The position numbers and the translations under genes are program-made. This document shows positions 23,747-31,328 of a stretch of 45,788 bases of DNA, one piece after another. Numbering within the stretch: the stretch's first letter is position 1; each line of letters opens with the position of its first letter. Below the pieces are notes generated by a model. The model was not told the DNA's origin, searched no databases, and saw only the letters and a list, made by a program, of their open reading frames with translations. Source of the DNA: a virus; the IMG/VR virus record IMGVR_UViG_3300038544_000010, one strand, 5' to 3'.

Positions 23747-24994
23747 ATGCCATGGCAAGACCGATTAAAACCCTGCACCTACACCTCACCAAGTGGCGCA
23801 GTGTTCAATCTGCAATACGAAGACGTATCGCAGTCGTTAAAAAAGAAGACCACCACATTTGAGTTTGTTGGCACCAATGACGTCTACGTTCAGGACAATG
23901 GAGTCGGCGCTCGCACTATTCCGCTAACCATTTACTTCTCTGGAGAAGACCACGATTTACAGGCTAATGACTTTTTCGAAGCTATTGCTGAATCTGGCGC
24001 TGGTCAATTGCAGCATCCTGTTTATGGCTTGCAGACAGTTAACCCTGTTGGCGATCCATCTCGCAGTGACCGGCTAAAAACTGGTGCCAATGAATCCGCT
24101 TTTGATATTACGTTTGTTGTCACTATTACAAACCTTTACCCTGCATCGCAAAGCAACATCAAAGCCAATGCACAATCAGCTAGCGACGCATTCAACAACG
24201 CAACGGCAGAAGAGTACGACGAACTAATTACACTCAACACTGAGTCAGAACGCCAAACGCTAATCGGTGATAGCCAAGACTTACTAGGCACGTACAAGGA
24301 AGGCTTGCAGGACTTAACCAATGGCCAAGCAGATTTACAGCGAGACTTTAACGACATTCACGGGTCGATTAATGATGGCATTGACTTGTTAGTTGGTCAG
24401 CCGCTTACCTTGGCATTTCAGTCAATCCAGCTTGTTAAATCAGTCAGTAATGCCGCGGCACTGATTGAAGATAGATTGGACGCATACGGCAACCTACTTG
24501 ACGATTTAACCAATGACGACAAGACAGTTGCACCAACCTATGACTTTGTTGCCAATAACCGCCTAGCTACGCAAAACCTATACGCCTCTGCGACTGTTTC
24601 GGCAATGAATGACGCAATGGTATCAACTGACTTTAAAACACGCGACGAGGCTCTAGAGGCATCAGTAAAGGTCACTGATTATTTTGCTCAATACATGGCA
24701 TGGAAAGAGCGCAACTATGCAGCGTTAGATCAACTTGATACGGGTGAAGGCTACGTCAGTCTCCAAGAGCAAACCGCGCTAACTGCATCGTTGCTCATTG
24801 ATGTATCACTTGACCTAAAACGCCAGCGCACAATCATTCTTGACCGCGATATGTTTGTGATTGATTTTGCTTATCAGTATTTTGGCAGCACGGACAACGC
24901 CACGGTTGAAGAGGTGATTAAGCTGAATGGGCTTGATAACAGTGAGATTTGGGTTATTCCGAAAAATAGACTCATGAAATTTTATGAAGAGTAG
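23747..24994 (+). CDS. DNA circulation protein (Mu gpN-like tail/baseplate protein)
   Basis: The N-terminus WQDRLKPCTYTSPSGAVFNLQYEDVSQSLKKKTTTFEF...VQDNGVGARTIPLTIYFSGEDH...GAGQLQHPVYG matches the DNA_circ_N pattern. Confidence 0.75.
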   Translation: MPWQDRLKPCTYTSPSGAVFNLQYEDVSQSLKKKTTTFEFVGTNDVYVQDNGVGARTIPLTIYFSGEDHDLQANDFFEAIAESGAGQLQHPVYGLQTVNPVGDPSRSDRLKTGANESAFDITFVVTITNLYPASQSNIKANAQSASDAFNNATAEEYDELITLNTESERQTLIGDSQDLLGTYKEGLQDLTNGQADLQRDFNDIHGSINDGIDLLVGQPLTLAFQSIQLVKSVSNAAALIEDRLDAYGNLLDDLTNDDKTVAPTYDFVANNRLATQNLYASATVSAMNDAMVSTDFKTRDEALEASVKVTDYFAQYMAWKERNYAALDQLDTGEGYVSLQEQTALTASLLIDVSLDLKRQRTIILDRDMFVIDFAYQYFGSTDNATVEEVIKLNGLDNSEIWVIPKNRLMKFYEE

Positions 24995-25000
24995 GAAAAG

Positions 25001-25025
25001 AAAAGCCCCGTTAGGGGCTTATTTT
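25001..25025. terminator. Bidirectional intrinsic terminator
   Basis: AAAAGCCCC-gtta-GGGGCTTATTTT between convergent genes. Confidence 0.75.
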
Positions 25026-25237
25026 ATTGAGCTGTTTTTAAGGACGTAGCCAATAGAAAATGAAGCGAATGGCATTGTTACATTGAAGCACCACGCAGTT
25101 CCGTTTTTGTTTTTCCTGCAATAGTTATCAAAGCCAACATTAAGCAAATGGTATCGACGAGACTCTCCAGTTTCACCAGTAACATACATCAACTCACGCG
25201 CAAAGCTGGCATCTAAATATAAGTTTCCAATAAACAC
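25019..25237 (-). CDS. Hypothetical protein (72 aa)
   Basis: Last gene of the 3-gene antisense island. Its start overlaps the upstream stop. Confidence 0.5.
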   Translation of the reverse strand: MFIGNLYLDASFARELMYVTGETGESRRYHLLNVGFDNYCRKNKNGTAWCFNVTMPFASFSIGYVLKNSSIK

Positions 25238-25563
25238 TAAAACTCCCCCTTAGCAAAAGCAGTAATTAAAGCGCCGATAATTGAGCCGACAACCAACCAA
25301 ATCACCTTGACCCATGCAGATTCATTGTCGCGATTTGATTTGTCACATTCACAGCGCCTTATCGCGTGAACATTCTCAATTGGCACTGGAACTCCATCAA
25401 TAAGCACAAGTTTACCGCTTAATTTCTGGCTTTCTTCGTAGTGCTCACAGCAACCGTGCGCGGCTTGTGGTGGTGCTAGGTTTACGGCTTGTCCGCAGTT
25501 ATAACAAGTCGTATCAGTTTCGTTTATTGCCGTGTAGCAATGTGGGCATGGGGTTTTAGTCAT
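25237..25563 (-). CDS. Tail-anchored zinc-ribbon membrane protein (108 aa)
   Basis: The ATG at 25563 (MTKTPCPHCY...CYNCGQ) overlaps the upstream gene end. C-terminal TM segment VIWLVVGSIIGALITAF. The ORF is open to 25614. Confidence 0.55.
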   Translation of the reverse strand: MTKTPCPHCYTAINETDTTCYNCGQAVNLAPPQAAHGCCEHYEESQKLSGKLVLIDGVPVPIENVHAIRRCECDKSNRDNESAWVKVIWLVVGSIIGALITAFAKGEF

Positions 25564-25756
25564 TTTCCCGCTCCTTATTGAGCTCATCTGCACGCTCTTG
25601 GGCTTCTGCTGCATTCCAGTGCTGTATGTTATCTACTAACTCTAAATTTCCTCGCTTTAAATGAACTTCAGCGTAAGCCTTGTCAAGCTCATCTTGTGTA
25701 AGTTCGGTTTTTACTGCTATCCAGCATCCACTTTCTGTTTCAACGGCTTTGTACAT
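25556..25756 (-). CDS. Hypothetical acidic protein (66 aa)
   Basis: The ATG at 25756 is preceded by GGAGA. The ORF is open to 25807. Confidence 0.5.
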   Translation of the reverse strand: MYKAVETESGCWIAVKTELTQDELDKAYAEVHLKRGNLELVDNIQHWNAAEAQERADELNKEREND

Positions 25757-25862
25757 AGATTTATCTCCACTCGTTTCGATAGAGCAATTATTAATTAACA
25801 CAACCAATATTACTAATCGTTTATTCCTATCAATAAGCCATAATTAATAGGATTTGTTTTTC

Positions 25863-25871
25863 TGATATAAT
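25863..25871 (+). promoter_or_regulatory. Extended -10 promoter (TGaTATAAT)
   Basis: Exact TGnTATAAT about 30 nt upstream of 25900. Confidence 0.5.
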
Positions 25872-25899
25872 TCAACCAACACACAAAACGAGCACAACC

Positions 25900-27114
25900 A
25901 TGAGCAACTACACAGCCAAGCAAAACGACACTTTCGAGCTAATATCTCGGCGCATGTTCGGAACAGCTAACGAAACTGGTAACATACGCAAAGCCAACCC
26001 ATCACTACAAGAGCCTTTATCGGCTGGCGACTCGGTATTTATTCCTGCCAGTGCGAAAAGTAAAACCGTTGCCACGACTGGCGATGATGTGACGTTTCTG
26101 ATTAACGGGCAAGAATACCGATTTTTTAACTCAATCGAATTTTACTCACGCTTTGACTCTTTTGATTCGTGCATCATTACAGCGCCTTTTGAGCCTGACA
26201 ACTTGGCATTTCGCAAAACCTTTGTGCCGTTTTCGTACGCTAACGTTGATGTGTTTATTGGTAGCGAGTTGGTATTTTCTGGCACACAGATGGGGCTAAC
26301 GCCACAAGTAACGGCCAATTCAAAGGTTGTTATTATCGAGGCATACGCCCGTTGCGCTGTCACTAACGATTCATCACTACCGGTTAGCAGCTACCCAATT
26401 GAATTGCGTGGATTAAAACTCGATCGCATCGCACAAGAAATTTGCAAGCCGTTCCCGTTCCAAGTTAAAACAAATGTCGATGTTGGTGCCAAGTTCGAAT
26501 CGGCATCAATCAAGCAGCCAGACAAGATTTACCCGTTTTTAGTTGAGTTGGCCAAGCAGCGAGATTTGATAATCAGCAATGATGAGAATGGCGACTTGCT
26601 TATCACTCGCGCTGTTGATGAAAAGTCAGTTGCGCAGCTTTATGATGATGCCGCACCAGTGTTGTCAGTGACACCTATGCACGACGAGCAGAATTATTTC
26701 AGTGACTACACCGCAATCATCCCAATCATGCTAGACGGCTTACCAGTGGCTACGTACACAGCCAAAAACAAGCGATTGCAGAATGTATTGCGTGTTGAGA
26801 ACTACGAAGCTAATGACGCATTCAACGGCGAAGAAAGGCAGATAGCAGAGTCACGCAGAGCTCGCGGACTGGCTAACTCGATCGGCTACGAAGTATCACT
26901 GGCAACGATAAGAGATCCGCAAGGCAAGCTATACAGACCAAATAGTTACGTTAACCTAACCGCGCCAACCGCCATGATTTACAATGACACTAAGTTTTTT
27001 GTTAGGTCAGTTAACTTGGTACTAGACGGTAACAGCAAAACTTGCACACTGGATTTGGTATTGCCTGAATCGTTTAACGGCAAAGATGTGGAGAGATTTC
27101 CGTGGGAAGAATAG
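25900..27114 (+). CDS. Baseplate hub / tail protein (P2 gpD, Mu gpP family) with an N-terminal LysM-like (gpX-like) domain
   Basis: 404 aa, placed between the gpN-like and gpV-like genes. N-terminus YTAKQNDTFELISRRMFGT...IRKANPSLQEPLSAGDSVFIP is LysM-like. Confidence 0.6.
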   Translation: MSNYTAKQNDTFELISRRMFGTANETGNIRKANPSLQEPLSAGDSVFIPASAKSKTVATTGDDVTFLINGQEYRFFNSIEFYSRFDSFDSCIITAPFEPDNLAFRKTFVPFSYANVDVFIGSELVFSGTQMGLTPQVTANSKVVIIEAYARCAVTNDSSLPVSSYPIELRGLKLDRIAQEICKPFPFQVKTNVDVGAKFESASIKQPDKIYPFLVELAKQRDLIISNDENGDLLITRAVDEKSVAQLYDDAAPVLSVTPMHDEQNYFSDYTAIIPIMLDGLPVATYTAKNKRLQNVLRVENYEANDAFNGEERQIAESRRARGLANSIGYEVSLATIRDPQGKLYRPNSYVNLTAPTAMIYNDTKFFVRSVNLVLDGNSKTCTLDLVLPESFNGKDVERFPWEE

Positions 27115-27665
27115 GAAGAGTGCAAGAAAACATTGGCAACCGTGTAAACATGGATTTGGGCGGCGGCTTTACTAATGAGTGCGATCGAGTTCAGCCAAGC
27201 GGAGAAGATTCTAGGCCGCTGCCAAATGACGACGGATACACTTACCAGTGGGGAATTAGCGGCAGGTGGGTTGTAGGTGGTTACTTTGATTATGGCAACA
27301 AAATAGCCAAACCTGGAGAAAAGCGCATCTATGGACGTGACGCTGACGGCAATGTAACGAGTCACGTTTATTTGCAGAATGATGGCACCATCAAGATAGA
27401 AAACGATGCAGTAAGCTACACGCTAAAGCCAGACGGCACGACAATAGAAACTAACGGCAGTGGAACAAAAACAATGTCGCCAGACGGCACGGTAAATATC
27501 AACGGGTTTATTATTAATCCTGATGGTAGTGTTGTGAGCCCTGTTGCTGTTAGTGCGCCTAGCGTGGTTGTTAATGGCAAGGAAATGGACGGACACGATC
27601 ACAGTAATGGCACTTACAATATTGGCGGTACGCCTGTGGTTGGTGATTCTGGTGCGAATAATTAG
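27102..27665 (+). CDS. Baseplate spike / assembly protein V (Mu gp45-like)
   Basis: 187 aa. C-terminus VNGKEMDGHDHSNGTYNIGGTPVVG is typical of the gp45/gpV family. GTG start overlaps the upstream gene. Confidence 0.65.
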   Translation: MGRIGRVQENIGNRVNMDLGGGFTNECDRVQPSGEDSRPLPNDDGYTYQWGISGRWVVGGYFDYGNKIAKPGEKRIYGRDADGNVTSHVYLQNDGTIKIENDAVSYTLKPDGTTIETNGSGTKTMSPDGTVNINGFIINPDGSVVSPVAVSAPSVVVNGKEMDGHDHSNGTYNIGGTPVVGDSGANN

Positions 27666-27673
27666 TGGATATG

Positions 27674-27703
27674 AAAAAACCCCTCTGGTGAGGGGCTTTG
27701 TTT
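27674..27703. terminator. Bidirectional intrinsic terminator
   Basis: AAAAAACCCCTC-tggt-GAGGGGCTTTGTTT. Confidence 0.75.
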
Positions 27704-28043
27704 AGCTGAATAGCATTCTAAGCCTATTGTTGTCATGCTCTTGCGTGTACGTGTGCTTTTTGGTTCTTAGCGGTTTGTCCATCTTTGTGAATTTTAAGTA
27801 ACAATCGGAAGGCATGATTCTGTTAGATATTATTTCAATTTTGTCCCATGACGTACTGGGAATCTCGATAACGATCATTCCAATTAATTCAACAGCTTTC
27901 TTGTCATTAGACCAAGGCTCCATTGTTAGAATGTTAGCTCTCCATATGCCGTTTGCCTTTAGTTCATGGCAAATGTATTCAAATGACCCTACACGATGAG
28001 GACTCATTTTTCTAAAGATTTCTCTTAATTGTTCAGTGTCCAT
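27702..28043 (-). CDS. Hypothetical protein (113 aa), single-gene antisense insert
   Basis: ORF with its own promoter and terminator. No motif recognised. Confidence 0.55.
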   Translation of the reverse strand: MDTEQLREIFRKMSPHRVGSFEYICHELKANGIWRANILTMEPWSNDKKAVELIGMIVIEIPSTSWDKIEIISNRIMPSDCYLKFTKMDKPLRTKKHTYTQEHDNNRLRMLFS

Positions 28044-28075
28044 CTCATTACCTATTAATATTTAAACACCCAATC

Positions 28076-28104
28076 AATCTACACGCCCATTCTCTAACTG
28101 TCAA
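28076..28104 (-). promoter_or_regulatory. Sigma70-like promoter for 27702..28043
   Basis: On the - strand: TTGACA (28104-28099), 17 nt, TAGATT (28081-28076), then ga + TTGGGTGTTTAA. Confidence 0.55.
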
Positions 28105-28114
28105 CAACCAATTC

Positions 28115-28123
28115 TGTTATAAT
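28115..28123 (+). promoter_or_regulatory. Extended -10 promoter (TGtTATAAT)
   Basis: Exact TGnTATAAT 40 nt upstream of 28164. Confidence 0.5.
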
Positions 28124-28163
28124 TCACAAAACACCATTATCTTTATTTACTCAGGGCTCACAA

Positions 28164-28559
28164 ATGCAAGGTGATGTATTACTCTTTCAGTCGCTAGATG
28201 GCGGCGAAATCAAGGTTGAAAACAATCAGATAGTACTTACAGCTGGCTTAGAAAGTGCTGTGTACCTATCTTTGTTTTCGCCTGCTGATTGGTTTTTGAA
28301 TGACGTGGCAGATACTAACGAAGAGAAGTTATCAAGCGAGACTGAGCAGATTGTAGGTAGATTGCCAAACGTATCGAAAAACTATCCATTGCTAGAACAG
28401 GCAATTAAAAACGATCTATCTTGGCTCACAAGTCAAAAACTAGCCAAATCAATATCGGCTAGCGTCTCATCAAATCAAATCAACCGTGTTAATATTGTGA
28501 TAAATATCGACGGTGTAGAACTTACTTTCACAGAAGGCTGGTCAACGAATGGCAATTGA
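28164..28559 (+). CDS. Baseplate protein, Mu gp46-like
   Basis: 131 aa. N-terminus GDVLLFQSLDGGEI...LTAGLESAVYLSLFS matches the GP46-family pattern, and synteny agrees. Confidence 0.6.
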   Translation: MQGDVLLFQSLDGGEIKVENNQIVLTAGLESAVYLSLFSPADWFLNDVADTNEEKLSSETEQIVGRLPNVSKNYPLLEQAIKNDLSWLTSQKLAKSISASVSSNQINRVNIVINIDGVELTFTEGWSTNGN

Positions 28560-29742
28560 TACCACCACAATTAAGGGCATTTCTGACGGCATAGTGTCAC
28601 AGCTTGAGCAGTCGCTAAACGTTCAATTCCCATTATTACCGAAAGCATTTAACCGAGTACTGGCAAAGGCCATTGCATCAGTGTTTATCATGCTCACCCA
28701 CTACAGCAACTTCATTCAGTTGCAGCAATACGTCTCAACGTGCTCGGCTAACAACATCACTATCCTTGGCTTTACGATCAACCCATTAAACTTCTGGGGC
28801 GATCTCATTGGTGTTGGAGATAGGAAAGCTGGTGAGCGTGCTATTCATACTGTTACCGTCACAGTGTCACAAACTAGCGGCGTTATTGATGCTGGCACAC
28901 AGTTGATCTCAGCCACAAACGGATTTACCTATATCACTTCGCAAGCTTACAATCTCACAGCACCTAGCATCGACATTGAAGTCAAAGCGGCCAATGATGA
29001 AGCAGGTAACGCTGGCGTTGGTGCGCTTGGTAATCTGGAAAACGGCACAGAAATATCATTTGTTAACCCACCTGTTAACGTTGGTAAAAATGCCGTTGTT
29101 ATTGGTCAAGTGCAAACTGGTGCCGACCCAGAAACCGCAGACGCTTACCGCCGACGTGTTATCACTGCATTTAAACGACGCAAGCAAGGTGGCGCATACA
29201 TCGACTATAAAATCTGGGGCGAAGAAGTTCCTGGCATTGTCAATGTCTACCCATACACCGGGCAAGCTGGTGAAGTGGATGTTTATTGTGAAGCGACAGA
29301 AGCATCAAGTGGCAATCCTGACGGCATACCAACACCTAGCCAGTTAGAGGCGGTTAAAGCGTCTATCGAGTTTGACCAAAATGGCAAGGCAACACGCCGA
29401 CCTGCTGGCACATTTGTTAACACCTACGCAATCACAAGAACTGGATTTAAAGTGAAAGTTAACGGCCTTGTTGTTGATAATATCGCGCAGGTTCAGCAAG
29501 AGATTGAACGAGCTGTGACTGAGTTTTTTGTTGCTGCTGAGCCGTACATTGAAGGGTTATCAGTGCCACCTCGTACCGATACCATTTCAACTGTTGAGGT
29601 TGAAGCGGTGATCGTCGATGTGGTTAAAGCAAATAACGGCACATTCCTAAACGCACAAGTGTCACTTGCAGACGATACGCCAGTATCAATCTATCAACTT
29701 GGCATAGGTGAGAAAGCTAAACTATCGGAGATTGCATTCTAA
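28549..29742 (+). CDS. Baseplate J-like protein (Mu gp47 / P2 gpJ family)
   Basis: 397 aa, overlaps both neighbours, in the canonical position. Confidence 0.65.
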   Translation: MAIDTTTIKGISDGIVSQLEQSLNVQFPLLPKAFNRVLAKAIASVFIMLTHYSNFIQLQQYVSTCSANNITILGFTINPLNFWGDLIGVGDRKAGERAIHTVTVTVSQTSGVIDAGTQLISATNGFTYITSQAYNLTAPSIDIEVKAANDEAGNAGVGALGNLENGTEISFVNPPVNVGKNAVVIGQVQTGADPETADAYRRRVITAFKRRKQGGAYIDYKIWGEEVPGIVNVYPYTGQAGEVDVYCEATEASSGNPDGIPTPSQLEAVKASIEFDQNGKATRRPAGTFVNTYAITRTGFKVKVNGLVVDNIAQVQQEIERAVTEFFVAAEPYIEGLSVPPRTDTISTVEVEAVIVDVVKANNGTFLNAQVSLADDTPVSIYQLGIGEKAKLSEIAF

Positions 29743-30518
29743 TGAGCGATAGAAGCACCAACCTATGGAAAACCGTACTCCCTCGCTCTCGTGCGTTTAA
29801 CCTCACGATCAACAAGAAGTTGCGACAGTTTTTCGAAGGGCTTAATTTTGTTGATGATTTCCGCGATCAAGCAGACAGGGTTTTTACCAATCTCGATCCA
29901 CAGCAAACGCAAAATCTAGCCAAGTGGGAAGACCAGTTCTACTTGCGTGATTATGGGTTAACAGAGCAAGAGCGCCGAGATAGGCTTGAAGCCACTTGGA
30001 AGCTAACTGGCGGTCAATCTCCCGGCTATCTGCAATCGGTTTTGCGATCGTATGGATTTGACGTTTACGTGCATGATTGGTGGCAACCAGACACGCAGCA
30101 GAATGACTTACGCATGGGAACTGACGTTTCATTCATGGGCGATCAGTTTTCTTTCATGGGCCAAAACTTTGGTGTATATCCTGCACCTTGGGATCCAAAT
30201 GCTATTCTTGTGCCTCCTTACTATCCTTTAGTTAACAAGATTTCGTCGCGCACATTCTCGGCTATAACAATGGGCGGCTCACTGCTAACCATGGGCGACC
30301 AGTTTAGCTTTATGGGTGGTTCAATAGAAACGATAAGCTCGCAAGAATACCCAATTCCAACAGATCCAGTTAGGTGGCGTCATTTTATTTATGTCGCCGG
30401 AGAAACAATGCCAAACCAAGCAACGGTTCCATTGGCACGAAAAAACGAGCTAGAAGAGTTGATTTTGTCTATATTCCCGACAGGTGAATGGGTAGGCATG
30501 ATCGTCGAGTATACCTAG
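29742..30518 (+). CDS. Baseplate/tail protein, Mu gp48-like (DUF2313 / YmfQ family)
   Basis: 258 aa. Pattern LPRSRAFN...FTNLDPQQTQNLAKWEDQFYL is typical of the family. Confidence 0.6.
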   Translation: MSDRSTNLWKTVLPRSRAFNLTINKKLRQFFEGLNFVDDFRDQADRVFTNLDPQQTQNLAKWEDQFYLRDYGLTEQERRDRLEATWKLTGGQSPGYLQSVLRSYGFDVYVHDWWQPDTQQNDLRMGTDVSFMGDQFSFMGQNFGVYPAPWDPNAILVPPYYPLVNKISSRTFSAITMGGSLLTMGDQFSFMGGSIETISSQEYPIPTDPVRWRHFIYVAGETMPNQATVPLARKNELEELILSIFPTGEWVGMIVEYT

Positions 30519-30589
30519 CAATAAAACCTAGTAGCAGTACCTAGCAACAATTGGTACCAATAATAGGTAGCTAGAATACCTAGCAATAA
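30511..30589 (+). repeat. Three direct copies of the TACCTAGCAA box in an intergenic region
   Basis: aTACCTAGCAAtaa at 30511-30524 (overlaps the stop codon TAG of the gp48-like gene), gTACCTAGCAAcaa at 30538-30551, aTACCTAGCAAtaa at 30576-30589. Degenerate relatives lie between them. Confidence 0.7.
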
Positions 30590-30639
30590 TAAGTAACAAT
30601 GTCAGTGGCTCTATTACGTGTTAAAATGGAGCTAATATT

Positions 30640-31008
30640 ATGATTTCAATAGTGGTGTTTATGAGCACAATGCAGCAGATATTGATAGGGGTGGCATCTT
30701 CGGCAATAGTCGCCGGTGCTGTGGGGTATGGTAGTGCTAATTATGCAGCCGGAGAAGGCAGAGCGATGCTAATGGCTCATGATAAGCAGTTAACCTCTCT
30801 TGTGGGCATTCCGAGTAGAGTTGATACTCTCGAGAAGAGGTTTGATACTTTTGAGAACCTTGTCACAGATGGACAAAAAGAATCTCGAGAAATTGCCTAC
30901 AAAATCCTTGGTGAAATAGCCGAGATGAGAAAAGACACTGCGATCAACTCCACTGAGATTGGAGCCATCAAAGTTGACATTCAAGAGATTAAGGAAAATA
31001 TCAAATGA
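30640..31008 (+). CDS. N-terminally anchored membrane protein with a coiled-coil ectodomain (122 aa)
   Basis: TM segment ILIGVASSAIVAGAVGYG, then a heptad-like charged region. Its stop overlaps the next start (ATGA at 31005). Confidence 0.55.
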   Translation: MISIVVFMSTMQQILIGVASSAIVAGAVGYGSANYAAGEGRAMLMAHDKQLTSLVGIPSRVDTLEKRFDTFENLVTDGQKESREIAYKILGEIAEMRKDTAINSTEIGAIKVDIQEIKENIK

Positions 31009-31328
31009 GATCGTTACTGGTAGCACTGTTGCTTATTCCTTCATTGGCACTAGCCGCCCCAAACATGGCGCTTTCTTCTGGCTCAGTCGCTTGTAAAACG
31101 CTGACTACGCTTAACTATGCCGAGCGCATGTTAATGAATGAGCCAGTGCTTGAGGTGCAGAAGGCAGAAGTAAACAACAACTGCACAACGGTAAAAGAAA
31201 GCCGAGAAGTGACTGCCTTTGATATTGGCGTCACGGCTAAAGTTGAATTTTTTGCGCTTGGCAAATTGGACGTGTATTACGTCAATAGCCGAGATTTAAT
31301 TAAACATGAAGATGAGGCAGCACAATGA
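31005..31328 (+). CDS. Small secreted protein (107 aa, cleavable signal peptide)
   Basis: MRSLLVALLLIPSLALA|APN looks like a Sec signal. Translationally coupled to the fibre gene (ATGA at 31325). Confidence 0.55.
   Translation: MRSLLVALLLIPSLALAAPNMALSSGSVACKTLTTLNYAERMLMNEPVLEVQKAEVNNNCTTVKESREVTAFDIGVTAKVEFFALGKLDVYYVNSRDLIKHEDEAAQ

Noticed and set aside
30511-30589. CRISPR-like mini-array
   Set aside because: There are only three copies of a 10-14-nt box with irregular spacing, the repeat has no palindromic structure, and no cas genes are present.
31005-31328. o-spanin lipoprotein
   Set aside because: The only Cys near the N-terminus (..SGSVAC) lies 13 residues past the hydrophobic core and lacks an L-(A/S)-(G/A)-C lipobox. 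A type I signal peptidase site (ALA|AP) fits better.
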